64,000 nucleotides of DNA from an uncultured Pelagibacteraceae bacterium (GTDB lineage: Bacteria > Pseudomonadota > Alphaproteobacteria > Pelagibacterales > Pelagibacteraceae), in NCBI GenBank assembly GCA_902604305.1, contig CACKXS010000002.1, forward strand, positions 24,548 through 88,547, written 5' to 3'. Positions 31,609 through 42,316 of this stretch are shown here, one piece after another. The notes below the pieces were generated by a model. That model was not told where the DNA came from. It did not search any database and saw nothing but the letters and a program-made list of their open reading frames with translations. The position numbers and the translations under genes are program-made. How positions within the stretch are numbered: the stretch's first letter is position 1; each line of letters opens with the position of its first letter.

Positions 31609-33139
31609 AATGTCTAGTTTTTGAAAAAACTAGAATAGTATTAGTTCTATTTGCAAATTTAATTATTTCTTTATCTTTTACTGAACCTGAAGGCTGAATA
31701 ACAGCTGATATACCTGATTGAACTAATTTTTCAATTCCATCTACAAAAGGAAAAAAAGCATCAGAAGCTGCGATAATTTCATCATCTTTTTTTTCTTTAT
31801 AAAATTTTTTCATTTTATTTATTGCTATTTCACAACTATCCAATCGACTTGGTTGACCAGATCCAATTCCAATTGTTGTATCTTTATTTGCAATAACAAT
31901 TGCATTGGATTTAACGAATCTACAAACATTAAAAGCAAATATTAAATTTTTTAAAGTTTTAGAACTAGGTTTGATTTTTGAAACTACTTTAAAATTTGAT
32001 TTTGAAAAAGATAAAGTATCTTGAGTTTGTATTAAGTAAGAGTTAAATTGTGAAGATATACTATTTAAATTGCTACCATTCAAATTACTTACATCAATAA
32101 TCCTTAAATTTTTTTTATTTTTTAATATTTTTAGTGCATCATTTTCAATTCCATTACAAATTACTACTTCTAAATATATTTTTTTAAGCTCTAAAGCTAA
32201 ATTTTTTTTGATTTTAAAATTGCAAGAAACTATTCCACCAAACGCACTTATTGGGTCACATGCAAGCGCTAGTTTATAACTTTCTAATTTGCCTTTATTT
32301 ATTGATACTCCACAAGGGTTTGCATGTTTAATTATAACTGTACCAATATTTTTTGGTAAAGATTTAGATACTAATAGTGCTGCAAAAATATCATTATAAT
32401 TGTTATAACTTAGTTTTTTACCACTAAGTTGTTTAAGATTTAATTTTTGTTTTTGAGAATAAATTGCTGCTTCTTGATGAGGATTTTCGCCATATCTTAA
32501 CTTTTCAATTAAATTGCCAAAGAATATTTTTTTTTTTGGAAATAAATTTTTGGATTGAGAATTAAAATAGTTAGATATTAATCCATCGTAATAAGAAGTT
32601 TCAGAAAACGCTATTTCAGACATTTTCTCTCTAAATTTTAAGGTAGTTTTACTTTTATTTGAATTTAATTCTTTAATTAGTTCTTTATATTGTTCGGGTT
32701 TAGTAATTACGGTAATATCATTGTAATTTTTTGCAGCTGCACGAACCATTGTTGGTCCACCAATATCTATATTTTCAATTATTTTTTTATGTTTATTTGT
32801 AAGTTCTAAAGTTTTTTCAAAAGGATAAAAATTTACAACTACAAGGTCAATTTCTTCAAAATTATTTTTTTTTAAATCTTTAATATGAGATTTATTTCCT
32901 CTTTTGCTTAGAATTCCAGCATGAATTTTGGGATGAAGAGTTTTAACTCTTCCATTCAATATTTCTTTAAATCCAGTATATTTTGATAGTTCTAAACATT
33001 TATAGCCTAGTTTTTTAATTTTCTTAAATGTGCCACCAGAGCTTATAATTTGGATTTTATGTTTTGATAAAGTTTTTAAAAGTAAATTTAAACTTTTTTT
33101 ATTGGAAACTGAAATTAAAGCTTTATTTATTTTTTTCAT
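31598..33139 (-). CDS. purH: Bifunctional AICAR transformylase/IMP cyclohydrolase
   Basis: ALISVS, GRVKTLHP, IDIGGP, RYGENPHQ, KHANPCG, SDAFFPF, RHFKH. Confidence 0.97.
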   Translation of the reverse strand: MKKINKALISVSNKKSLNLLLKTLSKHKIQIISSGGTFKKIKKLGYKCLELSKYTGFKEILNGRVKTLHPKIHAGILSKRGNKSHIKDLKKNNFEEIDLVVVNFYPFEKTLELTNKHKKIIENIDIGGPTMVRAAAKNYNDITVITKPEQYKELIKELNSNKSKTTLKFREKMSEIAFSETSYYDGLISNYFNSQSKNLFPKKKIFFGNLIEKLRYGENPHQEAAIYSQKQKLNLKQLSGKKLSYNNYNDIFAALLVSKSLPKNIGTVIIKHANPCGVSINKGKLESYKLALACDPISAFGGIVSCNFKIKKNLALELKKIYLEVVICNGIENDALKILKNKKNLRIIDVSNLNGSNLNSISSQFNSYLIQTQDTLSFSKSNFKVVSKIKPSSKTLKNLIFAFNVCRFVKSNAIVIANKDTTIGIGSGQPSRLDSCEIAINKMKKFYKEKKDDEIIAASDAFFPFVDGIEKLVQSGISAVIQPSGSVKDKEIIKFANRTNTILVFSKTRHFKH

Positions 33140-34767
33140 TAAATTTTTACTAATTCCCACATAATTTCTTGATCTTCATTTTGAGTTAATCCTGAAATAA
33201 ATATATTTTGATTTTCAACAAAAGAGTTTTTTTTACCGAAATATAAGCCAGTTTCAACATCTATCTTATGATCTTTAGATGAAAATTTCCATCCAGAATT
33301 TTCTATTTCAATAAGAATTGATTTTTCATCTTGAGTTTTGGTTATTTTAGCGCCAGGTATAAAATGGAACCTGATTTCAAAATTTGAACTTTTAAATTTT
33401 TTCTTTTTGATTAATTTATCTGTTCCAATAAACTTATTTTTTTCTATAAAAAATTCTATTTTTCTTTCATGAATCACACCGTACTTTTTTAGGTAACCAT
33501 CATGAGAACCAGAGATTTTCCAATATTTTTTTTCAGATAAAATAGATTTTTTAAGTATTTTTAGTTCCTCATCGACTTTAAAAACACCATCAGTGTCTTT
33601 TTTCATCTTACATGAAGATCTATTATCTAAAATTACTGTTGAATGTGTTGCAGTTGATTTCGAGATTGAATTAAGCTGGTGTTTATAATTCTGGAAGTAA
33701 CCACAATTAGAAATTAATTTACAGTTATTAAAAAAAATTTCAAAAGATAAAGCTCCAGATTGATAATCGCCACTAAATTTTTTTTGGGGAGAGGGTCCTA
33801 AATCAACAGAAAGAATAACATTTTTATTTTTTAAAATAGTATATCCTCCACATTCATTACTTTCATTTTTAAATTTATATTTGTGAAAATCTAAATATTT
33901 ATCAAAATCAAAATTTGGGTTTATATGGTTTCCATTAAATAATAGATTTTGATTAGTATTTTGCCATGCAAAATTATAATTTTGTCCTAAGAAGAAAATA
34001 ATTTCATTTAAATATTCTGGAATTTCATTTTGTGATTCTTTAAGCCATTCTCTTATTAAAACAAAATATTTTAAATAAAATACAAGTTGTCGTAAATTTC
34101 TTGATTTTGGAAAACTTTGTGCATCAAAAGAAAAATCAATAATTTTTTTTAAAAGACTTAATCCATAATTTAAATATTTTTCATCTTTATATGAAAGACC
34201 ACACAATATAATTGAAGCGCATCCGATCATCTTATCATTTACCCATTTTGATCTATTTATTTCGTTAATTAAATGATTAACCTGTTTTTTTATATTTCTA
34301 TTGAACTTCTCTTTATAAGATTCATCACTACTATCATAACTTAGTTTTGAATTTGATATCCAAGCAATAACTCTTTTTGATAAAGTATCTATTTCCCAGT
34401 TTTTGGAATTATATTTTTGATTTTTTTCTATCCAATTTAAAATAATTGATTGAGTAATTTTTTTTGATGATTTTAAATCAATTGTAAATAACCAGAAAAA
34501 ACTATGAAGTTTTTTATAATCAGTCTCTTTTATATCTTGTTTGTTCCAAACAGAATTTAAGTAAAAATTTTCAATATTATTTTTTTTCTTGTCATACTTT
34601 ATTAAACAATCAAGCAAATTTGGACTTGGTTTATATTCGATGAGTTTGTCATTAATTCTAGATATTTTTTTATTATAAATTCTAGAACTTAAATAAATCT
34701 TTCTTATTTGATTTGAAGAATAATTAAAAAATTCACTAATAAAATTCAAAGAATTTTTTAAAATCAT
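33139..34767 (-). CDS. Heparinase II/III family protein
   Basis: LHSFFWL, GALSFE, ISNCG, STATHST, SHDGY; position between rpe and purH as in other alphaproteobacteria. Confidence 0.8.
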   Translation of the reverse strand: MILKNSLNFISEFFNYSSNQIRKIYLSSRIYNKKISRINDKLIEYKPSPNLLDCLIKYDKKKNNIENFYLNSVWNKQDIKETDYKKLHSFFWLFTIDLKSSKKITQSIILNWIEKNQKYNSKNWEIDTLSKRVIAWISNSKLSYDSSDESYKEKFNRNIKKQVNHLINEINRSKWVNDKMIGCASIILCGLSYKDEKYLNYGLSLLKKIIDFSFDAQSFPKSRNLRQLVFYLKYFVLIREWLKESQNEIPEYLNEIIFFLGQNYNFAWQNTNQNLLFNGNHINPNFDFDKYLDFHKYKFKNESNECGGYTILKNKNVILSVDLGPSPQKKFSGDYQSGALSFEIFFNNCKLISNCGYFQNYKHQLNSISKSTATHSTVILDNRSSCKMKKDTDGVFKVDEELKILKKSILSEKKYWKISGSHDGYLKKYGVIHERKIEFFIEKNKFIGTDKLIKKKKFKSSNFEIRFHFIPGAKITKTQDEKSILIEIENSGWKFSSKDHKIDVETGLYFGKKNSFVENQNIFISGLTQNEDQEIMWELVKI

Positions 34768-34771
34768 TAAT

Positions 34772-35431
34772 TTATACTAATTTCAAAGAATCAATATTTT
34801 TTTTAACATTGCCATTATTTTCTTTAAAAATAGTCGTTCCTGAAACTAAAATATTAGCTCCTGCTTCTATTACAATTTTGCTATTTTCAAAGTTAATACC
34901 ACCGTCAACTTCAATATCAAAATTAAGTTTTTTTTCCTCTTTTATTTTTTTTAAATTTTTAATTTTTTCTATAATCTCGGGCATAAATTTTTGACCCCCA
35001 AATCCAGGATAAACACTCATAATTAAAACAAGATCTATTTGATCTAAAATGTTTTCTATAACACTTAATTTTGTGTTGGGATTTAAAGAAACTCCAATTT
35101 TTTTATTTAGTTTTCTTATAAGATTGATTGATTCAATTAAATTATCGGTTGCTTCTGGATGAATCGTAATTATATCCGCCCCTGCTTTTGAAAAATCTTC
35201 AATATATTTATGTACCGGAGATATCATTAAATGAACATCAAAAGGTAGCTTGGTACAATTACGCAATCTTTTAATTACAGGAGGACCAATTGTGAGGTTG
35301 GGAACAAAATGACCATCCATCACATCAACATGAATCATATCTGCCCCACCTTCTTCTAATCTCTTTATTTCGTTTCCTAACTGACTGAAATCAGCTGACA
35401 GAATTGATGGTGAAATTTGTATTTTTTTCAT
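34772..35431 (-). CDS. rpe: Ribulose-phosphate 3-epimerase
   Basis: SILSADF, HVDVMDGHFVPN, PGFGGQ, VDGG. Confidence 0.98.
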   Translation of the reverse strand: MKKIQISPSILSADFSQLGNEIKRLEEGGADMIHVDVMDGHFVPNLTIGPPVIKRLRNCTKLPFDVHLMISPVHKYIEDFSKAGADIITIHPEATDNLIESINLIRKLNKKIGVSLNPNTKLSVIENILDQIDLVLIMSVYPGFGGQKFMPEIIEKIKNLKKIKEEKKLNFDIEVDGGINFENSKIVIEAGANILVSGTTIFKENNGNVKKNIDSLKLV

Positions 35432-35459
35432 TGATAGCTAGATTTACTAGTATCAATTT

Positions 35460-35816
35460 TTAAAATTTAATTGAATTAAAAAATTGATAAATTTGTCTCG
35501 AAATTTCACTTTCTAGAGGAAAAGATAACATACCCATTACAGAATAACCCAAAACCCATGGCATTAAGTAAAATCTTATCATAAAGAAAAACCAAGCTAC
35601 ATATAAAGGCACTAACGGATGGATTATAAATGAAGGGGTTATGGGTTTAAACATATAAATTAATGGATTAGTAAACTTAACAAATACTTTCATAAAAAAG
35701 AATTCAGAATCTTCTTTTTGGAAAATATTCATTGCAACTCTTCCAATCAAAGTCCACATGATTATTCCAAGAATATAATCAATTATATAGACTAAAGGAT
35801 GAAAGTTAGCAGACAT
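35460..35816 (-). CDS. Small membrane protein, YggT-like
   Basis: Hydrophobic; FTNPL…PITP resembles the YGGT T(D/N)P motif. Confidence 0.55.
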   Translation of the reverse strand: MSANFHPLVYIIDYILGIIMWTLIGRVAMNIFQKEDSEFFFMKVFVKFTNPLIYMFKPITPSFIIHPLVPLYVAWFFFMIRFYLMPWVLGYSVMGMLSFPLESEISRQIYQFFNSIKF

Positions 35817-35848
35817 TTTAGAAATTTATATTTGAAAAAATGAGAAAT

Positions 35849-35878
35849 TAAAAGGGGCGAAATTAATCGCCCCTTTAA
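35849..35878 (-). terminator. Intrinsic terminator after the symporter gene
   Basis: AAAGGGGCGA-N6-TCGCCCCTTT hairpin, T-rich tail on the minus strand. Confidence 0.85.
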
Positions 35879-35886
35879 AAGATTAT

Positions 35887-37707
35887 TTAGTGTTGTTTAC
35901 CAAGGATCGATTTACCAGATGGTACTCGAACCTCATCAACCATTTTTTGCGTAGCAGCATCAGGTTCTGAAGTAATTAAACTTACCACAACCATAGATAC
36001 TAAGCTGACAGCTGAACCAAAGATACCAAACGTTAACTGTGTAATACCTAAGAATCCACTTCCACCATTTCGTACCCAAATCAGGTAACCCATACCAGAA
36101 GCAAGACCTAAAGCCATACCAGCTATAGCACCTTCTCTATTAGCTCTCTTCCACCATACACCAAGTACAAGTGGGAAGAACAATCCAGACATCGCAAAGT
36201 CAAAAGCCCAGATTACTGAACCTAAGATACCTTGGATCTCCATTGCCGCAATAGTTGCTCCAGCAAAACCAATTACTACAAGTAATACCCTTGCAACAAC
36301 TAGTCTTTTTGCAGTTTCTGCTTTTGGATCAATGATCTTGTAGTACAAGTCATGAGACAAAGCATTTGCAATTGCTAAAATTAAACCATCGGCTGTCGAC
36401 ATGGCAGCTGCCATACCTCCAGCAGCAACTAGACCTGAGATTACGTATGGTAATCCAGCTATTTCTGGAGTTGCTAACACAACGGCTTTACCACCCATGA
36501 AAAACTCGTTTAATTCAAGAGTTCCATTTCCGTTAAAGTCGCTTACAAACATTAAGTTTGCCTGGTTCCAGTTTTGATACCAATCTATCGCTTGAACTTC
36601 ACTTATCGATTTACCGATAATTCCAGTCGCTAAGTTAGGATCTATCAATGACAATTTAGATAGTGTCGCTAACATAGGAGCAGAAGAATAAAGTAGGAAG
36701 ATAAAGAATAAAGACCAACCTACTGATTTTCTAGCTGCTTTTACACTTGGAGTAGTGAAATATCTCATCATTACGTGAGGCAATGAAGCTGTTCCCATCA
36801 TCATCGCTAATGCTAATGAAATAAATGCCCAAGGCGTAGCGTTAACCGCTGAGTGAGCTTTAGTTATACCTGCTAAACCTTTCGGCACAGTTGCTAAATC
36901 AGCTGCAGAGTTTGTTACTGTCCCTAAACCAAATTGGCTTTCAAGATCAGCAATTCTCGCAACTTCATCAGCTAACATAAAGTGTGGGAAGAAACCCGCA
37001 CCCATTTTGTTACTGATCCAAAATACTGGAAGCAAGTAAGCTATTATCAATACGATATATTGTGCAACCTGTGTCCAAGTTACCCCTCTCATACCACCTA
37101 ACATTGAACATAGTAAAATACTCACTAATCCAACATAAACTGCGTATTGGAATGGGATATCTAAAGCAACAGATGCAATAGTACCTGTAGCGTTAATTTG
37201 TGCAGTTACATATGTAAATGAAGCAACAGTTAAGACTACTACTGCTAAAAATCTACTTAAATTACCACCGTATCTTGTACCAATGAAATCTGGAACTGTG
37301 TAACAGCCAAATTTTCTTAGGTATGGTGCTAATAAAGATGCAACTAATACGTATCCACCAGTCCAACCTACAAGTAGTGCCATATAACCGTAACCTTTAA
37401 AGTAAATACCACCTGCCATTGCAACGAAAGATGCACCAGACATCCAGTCTGCTGCAGTCGCCATTCCATTGAACACGGTTGGTACTTGCCTTCCAGCTAC
37501 GTAATAGGCATCAGCTTGTGCTGTACGTGATAGATAACCAATTATCGCGTAGATGGCTACTGTAAAGGCTACGAAACAAATTCCGATAGCTTTTGCAGTC
37601 ATACCCATCTGTTCTGCGATTGCCATAATGATTATGAAAGCTAAAAATCCACCTGTGTAGATTCCATAAACTCTAGGCAAATTGTCTATAAAATTACCTT
37701 TAATCAT
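35887..37707 (-). CDS. Sodium:solute symporter, ActP-like (acetate/monocarboxylate)
   Basis: YYVAGR, ATAADWMSGAS, TVPDFIGTRY, LPHVMMRYFT, AAAMSTADG; DUF4212 partner; acs nearby. Confidence 0.9.
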   Translation of the reverse strand: MIKGNFIDNLPRVYGIYTGGFLAFIIIMAIAEQMGMTAKAIGICFVAFTVAIYAIIGYLSRTAQADAYYVAGRQVPTVFNGMATAADWMSGASFVAMAGGIYFKGYGYMALLVGWTGGYVLVASLLAPYLRKFGCYTVPDFIGTRYGGNLSRFLAVVVLTVASFTYVTAQINATGTIASVALDIPFQYAVYVGLVSILLCSMLGGMRGVTWTQVAQYIVLIIAYLLPVFWISNKMGAGFFPHFMLADEVARIADLESQFGLGTVTNSAADLATVPKGLAGITKAHSAVNATPWAFISLALAMMMGTASLPHVMMRYFTTPSVKAARKSVGWSLFFIFLLYSSAPMLATLSKLSLIDPNLATGIIGKSISEVQAIDWYQNWNQANLMFVSDFNGNGTLELNEFFMGGKAVVLATPEIAGLPYVISGLVAAGGMAAAMSTADGLILAIANALSHDLYYKIIDPKAETAKRLVVARVLLVVIGFAGATIAAMEIQGILGSVIWAFDFAMSGLFFPLVLGVWWKRANREGAIAGMALGLASGMGYLIWVRNGGSGFLGITQLTFGIFGSAVSLVSMVVVSLITSEPDAATQKMVDEVRVPSGKSILGKQH

Positions 37708-37967
37708 TAATCATCTCCTTTTTCACTGAAGCCGAACTCTTCATCGATTTTTTCTTGTCTGTTCGCAAACCAGAAAATTAGGATTACAAAAATTCCAAGA
37801 GACCCTTGACAAGTAAACCAATATGTCAGTGGATAACCGAAGGGTCCACCAACGGACTCCATTTCAGCGCCAAAAAGGAAGATGCCAATTGAGAATACAA
37901 ACCAAATTGCTAATGTTACAATTAGCAACCCTCTGGTTTTTTCCCAGTGTTGTGCTTGTTTTGACAT
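37707..37967 (-). CDS. DUF4212 small symporter subunit
   Basis: Two TM segments, FGYPLTYWFTCQG, IDEEFG; strong SD AGAGGAG; TAATG coupling to the symporter. Confidence 0.85.
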   Translation of the reverse strand: MSKQAQHWEKTRGLLIVTLAIWFVFSIGIFLFGAEMESVGGPFGYPLTYWFTCQGSLGIFVILIFWFANRQEKIDEEFGFSEKGDD

Positions 37968-38090
37968 TATTATCTCCTCTTTTAGTTATAACTGGCGGAA
38001 ACCATAACCATTATGAAAGAGATTTAAAGTGTTAAAATTGTTAATAATAGTGGTGTTTTTAGGGTATAAAATAAATAAATAGCTATTTTT

Positions 38091-38714
38091 ATGGCAAAAT
38101 ACAAATTAACTTGGAAAGACCTAACTTGGAAAGATTTTAAGATTTATCTTTTTTCTCTATTTAAAGCCTTCATACCAAAGACAAAAATAAGTAATTTGGA
38201 TGAGTTAGAGGATTTTATTCAGTCTAAATCAGCTTGGGTTACCCAAGTTACTCTTTATGGCTATTTAAAAACTAGAATGGGAACAAGATACGTTCTTCAT
38301 TTTGAAAATGATGAATTTATGGCATCTGTAAATTTAGCCAAGTGGAATATATATGCAGTTGCTCTTCAAGATCTAACATTCTTTACATTTTCTTATTTAA
38401 AAAATAATTTGAATTATCAAGATATAGATAAAGCTAAAGAAATATTTCTAAAAATTTTAGATGATGAAACTACAAATAAAATGCCATTAGATATTATTGA
38501 GGAAGCAAAAAAGAATTTTAATGATAGATTACAAAATATTAATTGGAATACTTATTGTAATGATCTTCCATTTAATCCTAGTGCATTATCATTATATAAA
38601 TGGGCACCTATAGCTGATGAATTAAAAAACCTTGATCGTAAGATTGTTTTAAATTCTGTAATTTTAAAGTGGGATATTGTTAAAAAAGAATTTAACGAGA
38701 GAATTAAATTCTAA
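38091..38714 (+). CDS. Hypothetical protein
   Basis: 207-aa ORF filling the gap; motif-like [11 protein letters not shown] and WAPIADELK. Confidence 0.75.
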   Translation: MAKYKLTWKDLTWKDFKIYLFSLFKAFIPKTKISNLDELEDFIQSKSAWVTQVTLYGYLKTRMGTRYVLHFENDEFMASVNLAKWNIYAVALQDLTFFTFSYLKNNLNYQDIDKAKEIFLKILDDETTNKMPLDIIEEAKKNFNDRLQNINWNTYCNDLPFNPSALSLYKWAPIADELKNLDRKIVLNSVILKWDIVKKEFNERIKF

Positions 38715-40756
38715 ATATTTTTTCTATTATCAACTAAACTTTTAACTACACTCGGATCAGCCAAGGTTGTTGTATCCCCAAGTTGTTCGTGCTCGTTAGC
38801 CGCAATCTTTCTTAAAATTCTTCTCATAATTTTCCCAGACCTTGTTTTGGGTAGTCCAGGTGCAAACTGAATGAAATCCGGTGTAGCAATTGCACCAATT
38901 TGTTTTCTTACCCATAACTTTAATTCTCTTTCCAGGTCACCGCTGGGTTCTTCTCCTACATTCAAAGTTACATAGCAATATAATCCGTTTCCTTTTATAT
39001 CATGAGGACATCCAACTACCGCAGCCTCTGCAACTTTTGAATGTGCAACAAAGGCACTCTCTACTTCAGCAGTTCCTAAATTATGCCCTGATACAATAAT
39101 AACATCGTCCACTCTTCCAGTTATCCAATAGTAACCATCTTTATCTCTTCTACACCCGTCTCCAGTAAAATATTTTCCATCGAACTGAGAAAAGTATGTT
39201 TCTATAAATCTATTATGGTCTCCATACACAGACCTCATTTGACCTGGCCAAGATTGAGCTATACATAACCTTCCTTGTGCCTCTCCTTTTAAAACTTTAC
39301 CATCTTTATCAACTATTTCTGGCTTGATTCCGTAAAACGGTTTTGTTGCGGATCCAGGCTTTAAATCTATTGCTCCAGTTTGTGGACTAATTAATATTCC
39401 ACCTGTTTCAGTTTGCCACCAAGTATCTACAATAGGACATCTAGAATCCCCTACAGTTTTAAAATACCATTGCCAAGCTTCTGGATTTATTGGTTCTCCA
39501 ACAGTTCCAAGTAATTTTAGAGTTTTTCTCGATGTTTTTTTTACCGGACCATCTCCCTCTCTCATCATGGCTCTTATTGCAGTTGGAGCGGTATAAAAAA
39601 TATTTACTTTATACTTATCTACTATTTGCCACCATCTGGACCAATCAGGATAGTTAGGAATACCTTCGGACATGATTGTTGTTGCTCCATTTGAAAGAGG
39701 CCCATAAATTATATAACTGTGGCCTGTAACCCACCCAATATCAGCAGTACACCAGTATATATCTTTTGGTTTATAGTTAAAAATATACTGATGGGTCATT
39801 GATGCATAAACCATATAACCACCAGTCGTGTGTAAAACTCCTTTAGGCTTTCCTGTGGATCCAGATGTATATAAAATAAATAATGGATCTTCAGCATTCA
39901 TTTCCTCAGGCTCACAATTCTTTGAAGCTTTTTTAGTTATATCGTGATACCAAACATCTCTACTTTCATCCCAATTAATTCTGTTTCCAGTTCGTTTTAC
40001 TACAACACACTTTTTTACATTTGGACAATTTAAAAGAGCTTCATCAACTGTTGCTTTTAAATGTATAATTTTTCCTCCTCTAACACCTTCGTCAGCAGTG
40101 ATAACATAGTCAGATTTACAATCATTAATCCTTCCAGTAATACTATCTGCTGAAAAACCTCCAAAAATAATTGAATGAACTGCTCCTATTCTTGCACATG
40201 CTAGCATTGTATATGCCAACTCAGGTATCATAGTTAAATAAATTGTAACTCTATCTCCTTTTTTTACTCCTATTTCTTTTAATCCATTTGCCACCTTTGA
40301 AACCTCTTGGTGTAATTGTTTGTAGCTAATTTTTTTCTGAACTTTTGGATCATCACCAACCCAAATTATTGCAGTTTTATCTTTATTTTTCTTTAAGTGA
40401 CGATCAATACAGTTAGCTGAAGCATTTAAAGTTCCATCATAAAACCATTTAATATTAACATCTGTTTTGCTGTATTTATAATCTTTAATTTTTGTATATG
40501 GCTTGATCCAGGTAATTCTTTTGCCTTCTTTTTTCCAAAATTTATCGTTGTTTTTTATAGACTCTGAATATTTTTTTTCATATCCAGATTTATTTACTAT
40601 AGCTTTTTTTATCCAATCACTTTTTGGTTTATAAATTAATTCTGTATTTTCAATTTTTTTAGATTTAACTTTTTTTAATCTTTTTTTTCTTGTTTTTAAT
40701 TTTCTTTTTTTAGATTTTCTCTTTTTAATTTTTTTTCTTTTTTTCTTTTTTGGCAT
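38711..40756 (-). CDS. acs: Acetyl-CoA synthetase with a K/R-rich N-terminal extension
   Basis: [36 protein letters not shown]. Confidence 0.97.
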   Translation of the reverse strand: MPKKKKRKKIKKRKSKKRKLKTRKKRLKKVKSKKIENTELIYKPKSDWIKKAIVNKSGYEKKYSESIKNNDKFWKKEGKRITWIKPYTKIKDYKYSKTDVNIKWFYDGTLNASANCIDRHLKKNKDKTAIIWVGDDPKVQKKISYKQLHQEVSKVANGLKEIGVKKGDRVTIYLTMIPELAYTMLACARIGAVHSIIFGGFSADSITGRINDCKSDYVITADEGVRGGKIIHLKATVDEALLNCPNVKKCVVVKRTGNRINWDESRDVWYHDITKKASKNCEPEEMNAEDPLFILYTSGSTGKPKGVLHTTGGYMVYASMTHQYIFNYKPKDIYWCTADIGWVTGHSYIIYGPLSNGATTIMSEGIPNYPDWSRWWQIVDKYKVNIFYTAPTAIRAMMREGDGPVKKTSRKTLKLLGTVGEPINPEAWQWYFKTVGDSRCPIVDTWWQTETGGILISPQTGAIDLKPGSATKPFYGIKPEIVDKDGKVLKGEAQGRLCIAQSWPGQMRSVYGDHNRFIETYFSQFDGKYFTGDGCRRDKDGYYWITGRVDDVIIVSGHNLGTAEVESAFVAHSKVAEAAVVGCPHDIKGNGLYCYVTLNVGEEPSGDLERELKLWVRKQIGAIATPDFIQFAPGLPKTRSGKIMRRILRKIAANEHEQLGDTTTLADPSVVKSLVDNRKNI

Positions 40757-40762
40757 AAAGGT

Positions 40763-41185
40763 TTATTTTTTATCAATACTACTCATCTTCAAAATAATTT
40801 TCCAGCTTTTAGAGTCAACTGGCATTACCGATAGTCTGCTTTGCTTTATCAATCCTAAATGGCTTAATTCCTTATTGTTTTTAATGTTTTCAAGAGTTAC
40901 TGTCTTAGGTAATTTACCTTTAAACTTAACTGAGACCGCAACGAAGCGACCACTTTTATCTGTTTTATCTAAATAAGCTTCTTTAATAACCTCAACTATA
41001 CCAACAATTTCTTTCCCGATATTTGAATGATAAAAAAAACAAAGATCACCTTTTTTCATACTTTTTAAGTTCTTGGCAGCCTGATAATTTCTAACCCCAT
41101 CCCATGGAGATCCTTTAGTTCCAATTTTTTTTTGCTGATCGATTGACCAAACGTCAGGCTCAGATTTAAGTAACCAGTATTTCAT
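40763..41185 (-). CDS. EVE domain protein
   Basis: MKYWLLKSEP, WDGVRNYQA, FFYHS, SRLSV. Confidence 0.93.
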   Translation of the reverse strand: MKYWLLKSEPDVWSIDQQKKIGTKGSPWDGVRNYQAAKNLKSMKKGDLCFFYHSNIGKEIVGIVEVIKEAYLDKTDKSGRFVAVSVKFKGKLPKTVTLENIKNNKELSHLGLIKQSRLSVMPVDSKSWKIILKMSSIDKK

Positions 41186-42258
41186 TAAATTTTTACACCA
41201 GCCCCTTTTAAAAAAATAGCATTTTCGTCTAGTTGCCATCTTGGCTTTGCGGGAAAATCTAAATCATTAAATTGATTTTGTTTGAATTTTTCTAATCCAG
41301 CAAATGCAATCATTGCAGCATTATCACCACATAAGTTAATTGGTGGAAAAATTGCTTCAAAATTTTCTTCCTTACAGAGTCTTATTAAAATCTCTCTTAT
41401 TTTTTTATTTGCTGCAACACCACCAGCTACAACAAAAGTTTTATTTTTATTTTTATTAATATTATTAAATTCTTGAAAAGCAACTTTACTTTTTTTGTAT
41501 AATATCTCTTCCATTGTTTTTTGAAAAGAAGCTGCAAGATCATATTTATCTTTTTCGTTTTTTATATTTTTTGAAATTCTAAGAATAGCTGTTTTAAGTC
41601 CTGCAAAAGATAAATTGCACCCACCTTTATTAATTATAGGCTTTGGTAAATCAAATTTTGTTGGATCACCTTTTTTTGCCAGTACTTCTATTTGTGGACC
41701 ACCTGGAAATTCGATACCGAGTAATTTTGCAGTTTTATCAAATGCTTCTCCAGCAGCATCATCAATAGTCGTTCCAAGTCTTTTATATTTTCCAAGTCCT
41801 TCAACACATAAAAATTGGCTGTGTCCTCCAGATATTAAAAGTAAAAGATAAGGGTAATTTATTTTTGAATTTAATTTAGGACTTAAAGCATGCCCTTCCA
41901 AATGATTAACAGCAATAAATGGTTTTTTTAAGGATGCCGCAATTGCTTTACCAAAATTTAACCCAACAGATAAACAAACTATTAATCCAGGACCCGCAGT
42001 TGTAGCAACTGCATCTATGTCATTTAAATTAATTCTACTTTCATCTAATGCTTTTTTTGTGATCAAATCTATTTTTTCTATATGAGCTCTGGCAGCAAGC
42101 TCGGGGACTACACCTCCAAATTCTTTATGAATATCTACTTGGCTAGAAACTATATTGGATAAAATTTCTGGCTCGCCTTCCTTATTTTCTGTAATCAAAG
42201 CCACTGCAGTTTCGTCACAACTAGACTCTATTCCAAGAATTACAGGTTTTTTTGACAT
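41185..42258 (-). CDS. tsaD: tRNA t6A transferase TsaD
   Basis: GIESSCDETA, GGVVPELAARAH, NHLEGH, GEAFDK, DNAAMI. Confidence 0.98.
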   Translation of the reverse strand: MSKKPVILGIESSCDETAVALITENKEGEPEILSNIVSSQVDIHKEFGGVVPELAARAHIEKIDLITKKALDESRINLNDIDAVATTAGPGLIVCLSVGLNFGKAIAASLKKPFIAVNHLEGHALSPKLNSKINYPYLLLLISGGHSQFLCVEGLGKYKRLGTTIDDAAGEAFDKTAKLLGIEFPGGPQIEVLAKKGDPTKFDLPKPIINKGGCNLSFAGLKTAILRISKNIKNEKDKYDLAASFQKTMEEILYKKSKVAFQEFNNINKNKNKTFVVAGGVAANKKIREILIRLCKEENFEAIFPPINLCGDNAAMIAFAGLEKFKQNQFNDLDFPAKPRWQLDENAIFLKGAGVKI

Positions 42259-42316
42259 AAATTAGTTTTTATTAGTTTAAAATTCTAAATATAAAGATGG
42301 ATTATAAATTAATTTA

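Noticed and set aside
35431-35456. TTGATAGCTAG…CTAGTATCAA bulged inverted repeat before rpe
   Set aside because: Short, AT-rich and imperfect; function cannot be supported
35887-37707. Higher-GC segment as a horizontally acquired island
   Set aside because: Explained by Gly/Ala-rich membrane protein composition and optimal-codon bias; no mobility genes or flanking repeats
37984-37993. AGTTATAACT palindrome upstream of the symporter operon SD
   Set aside because: A 10-bp AT-rich palindrome is expected by chance in 64 kb
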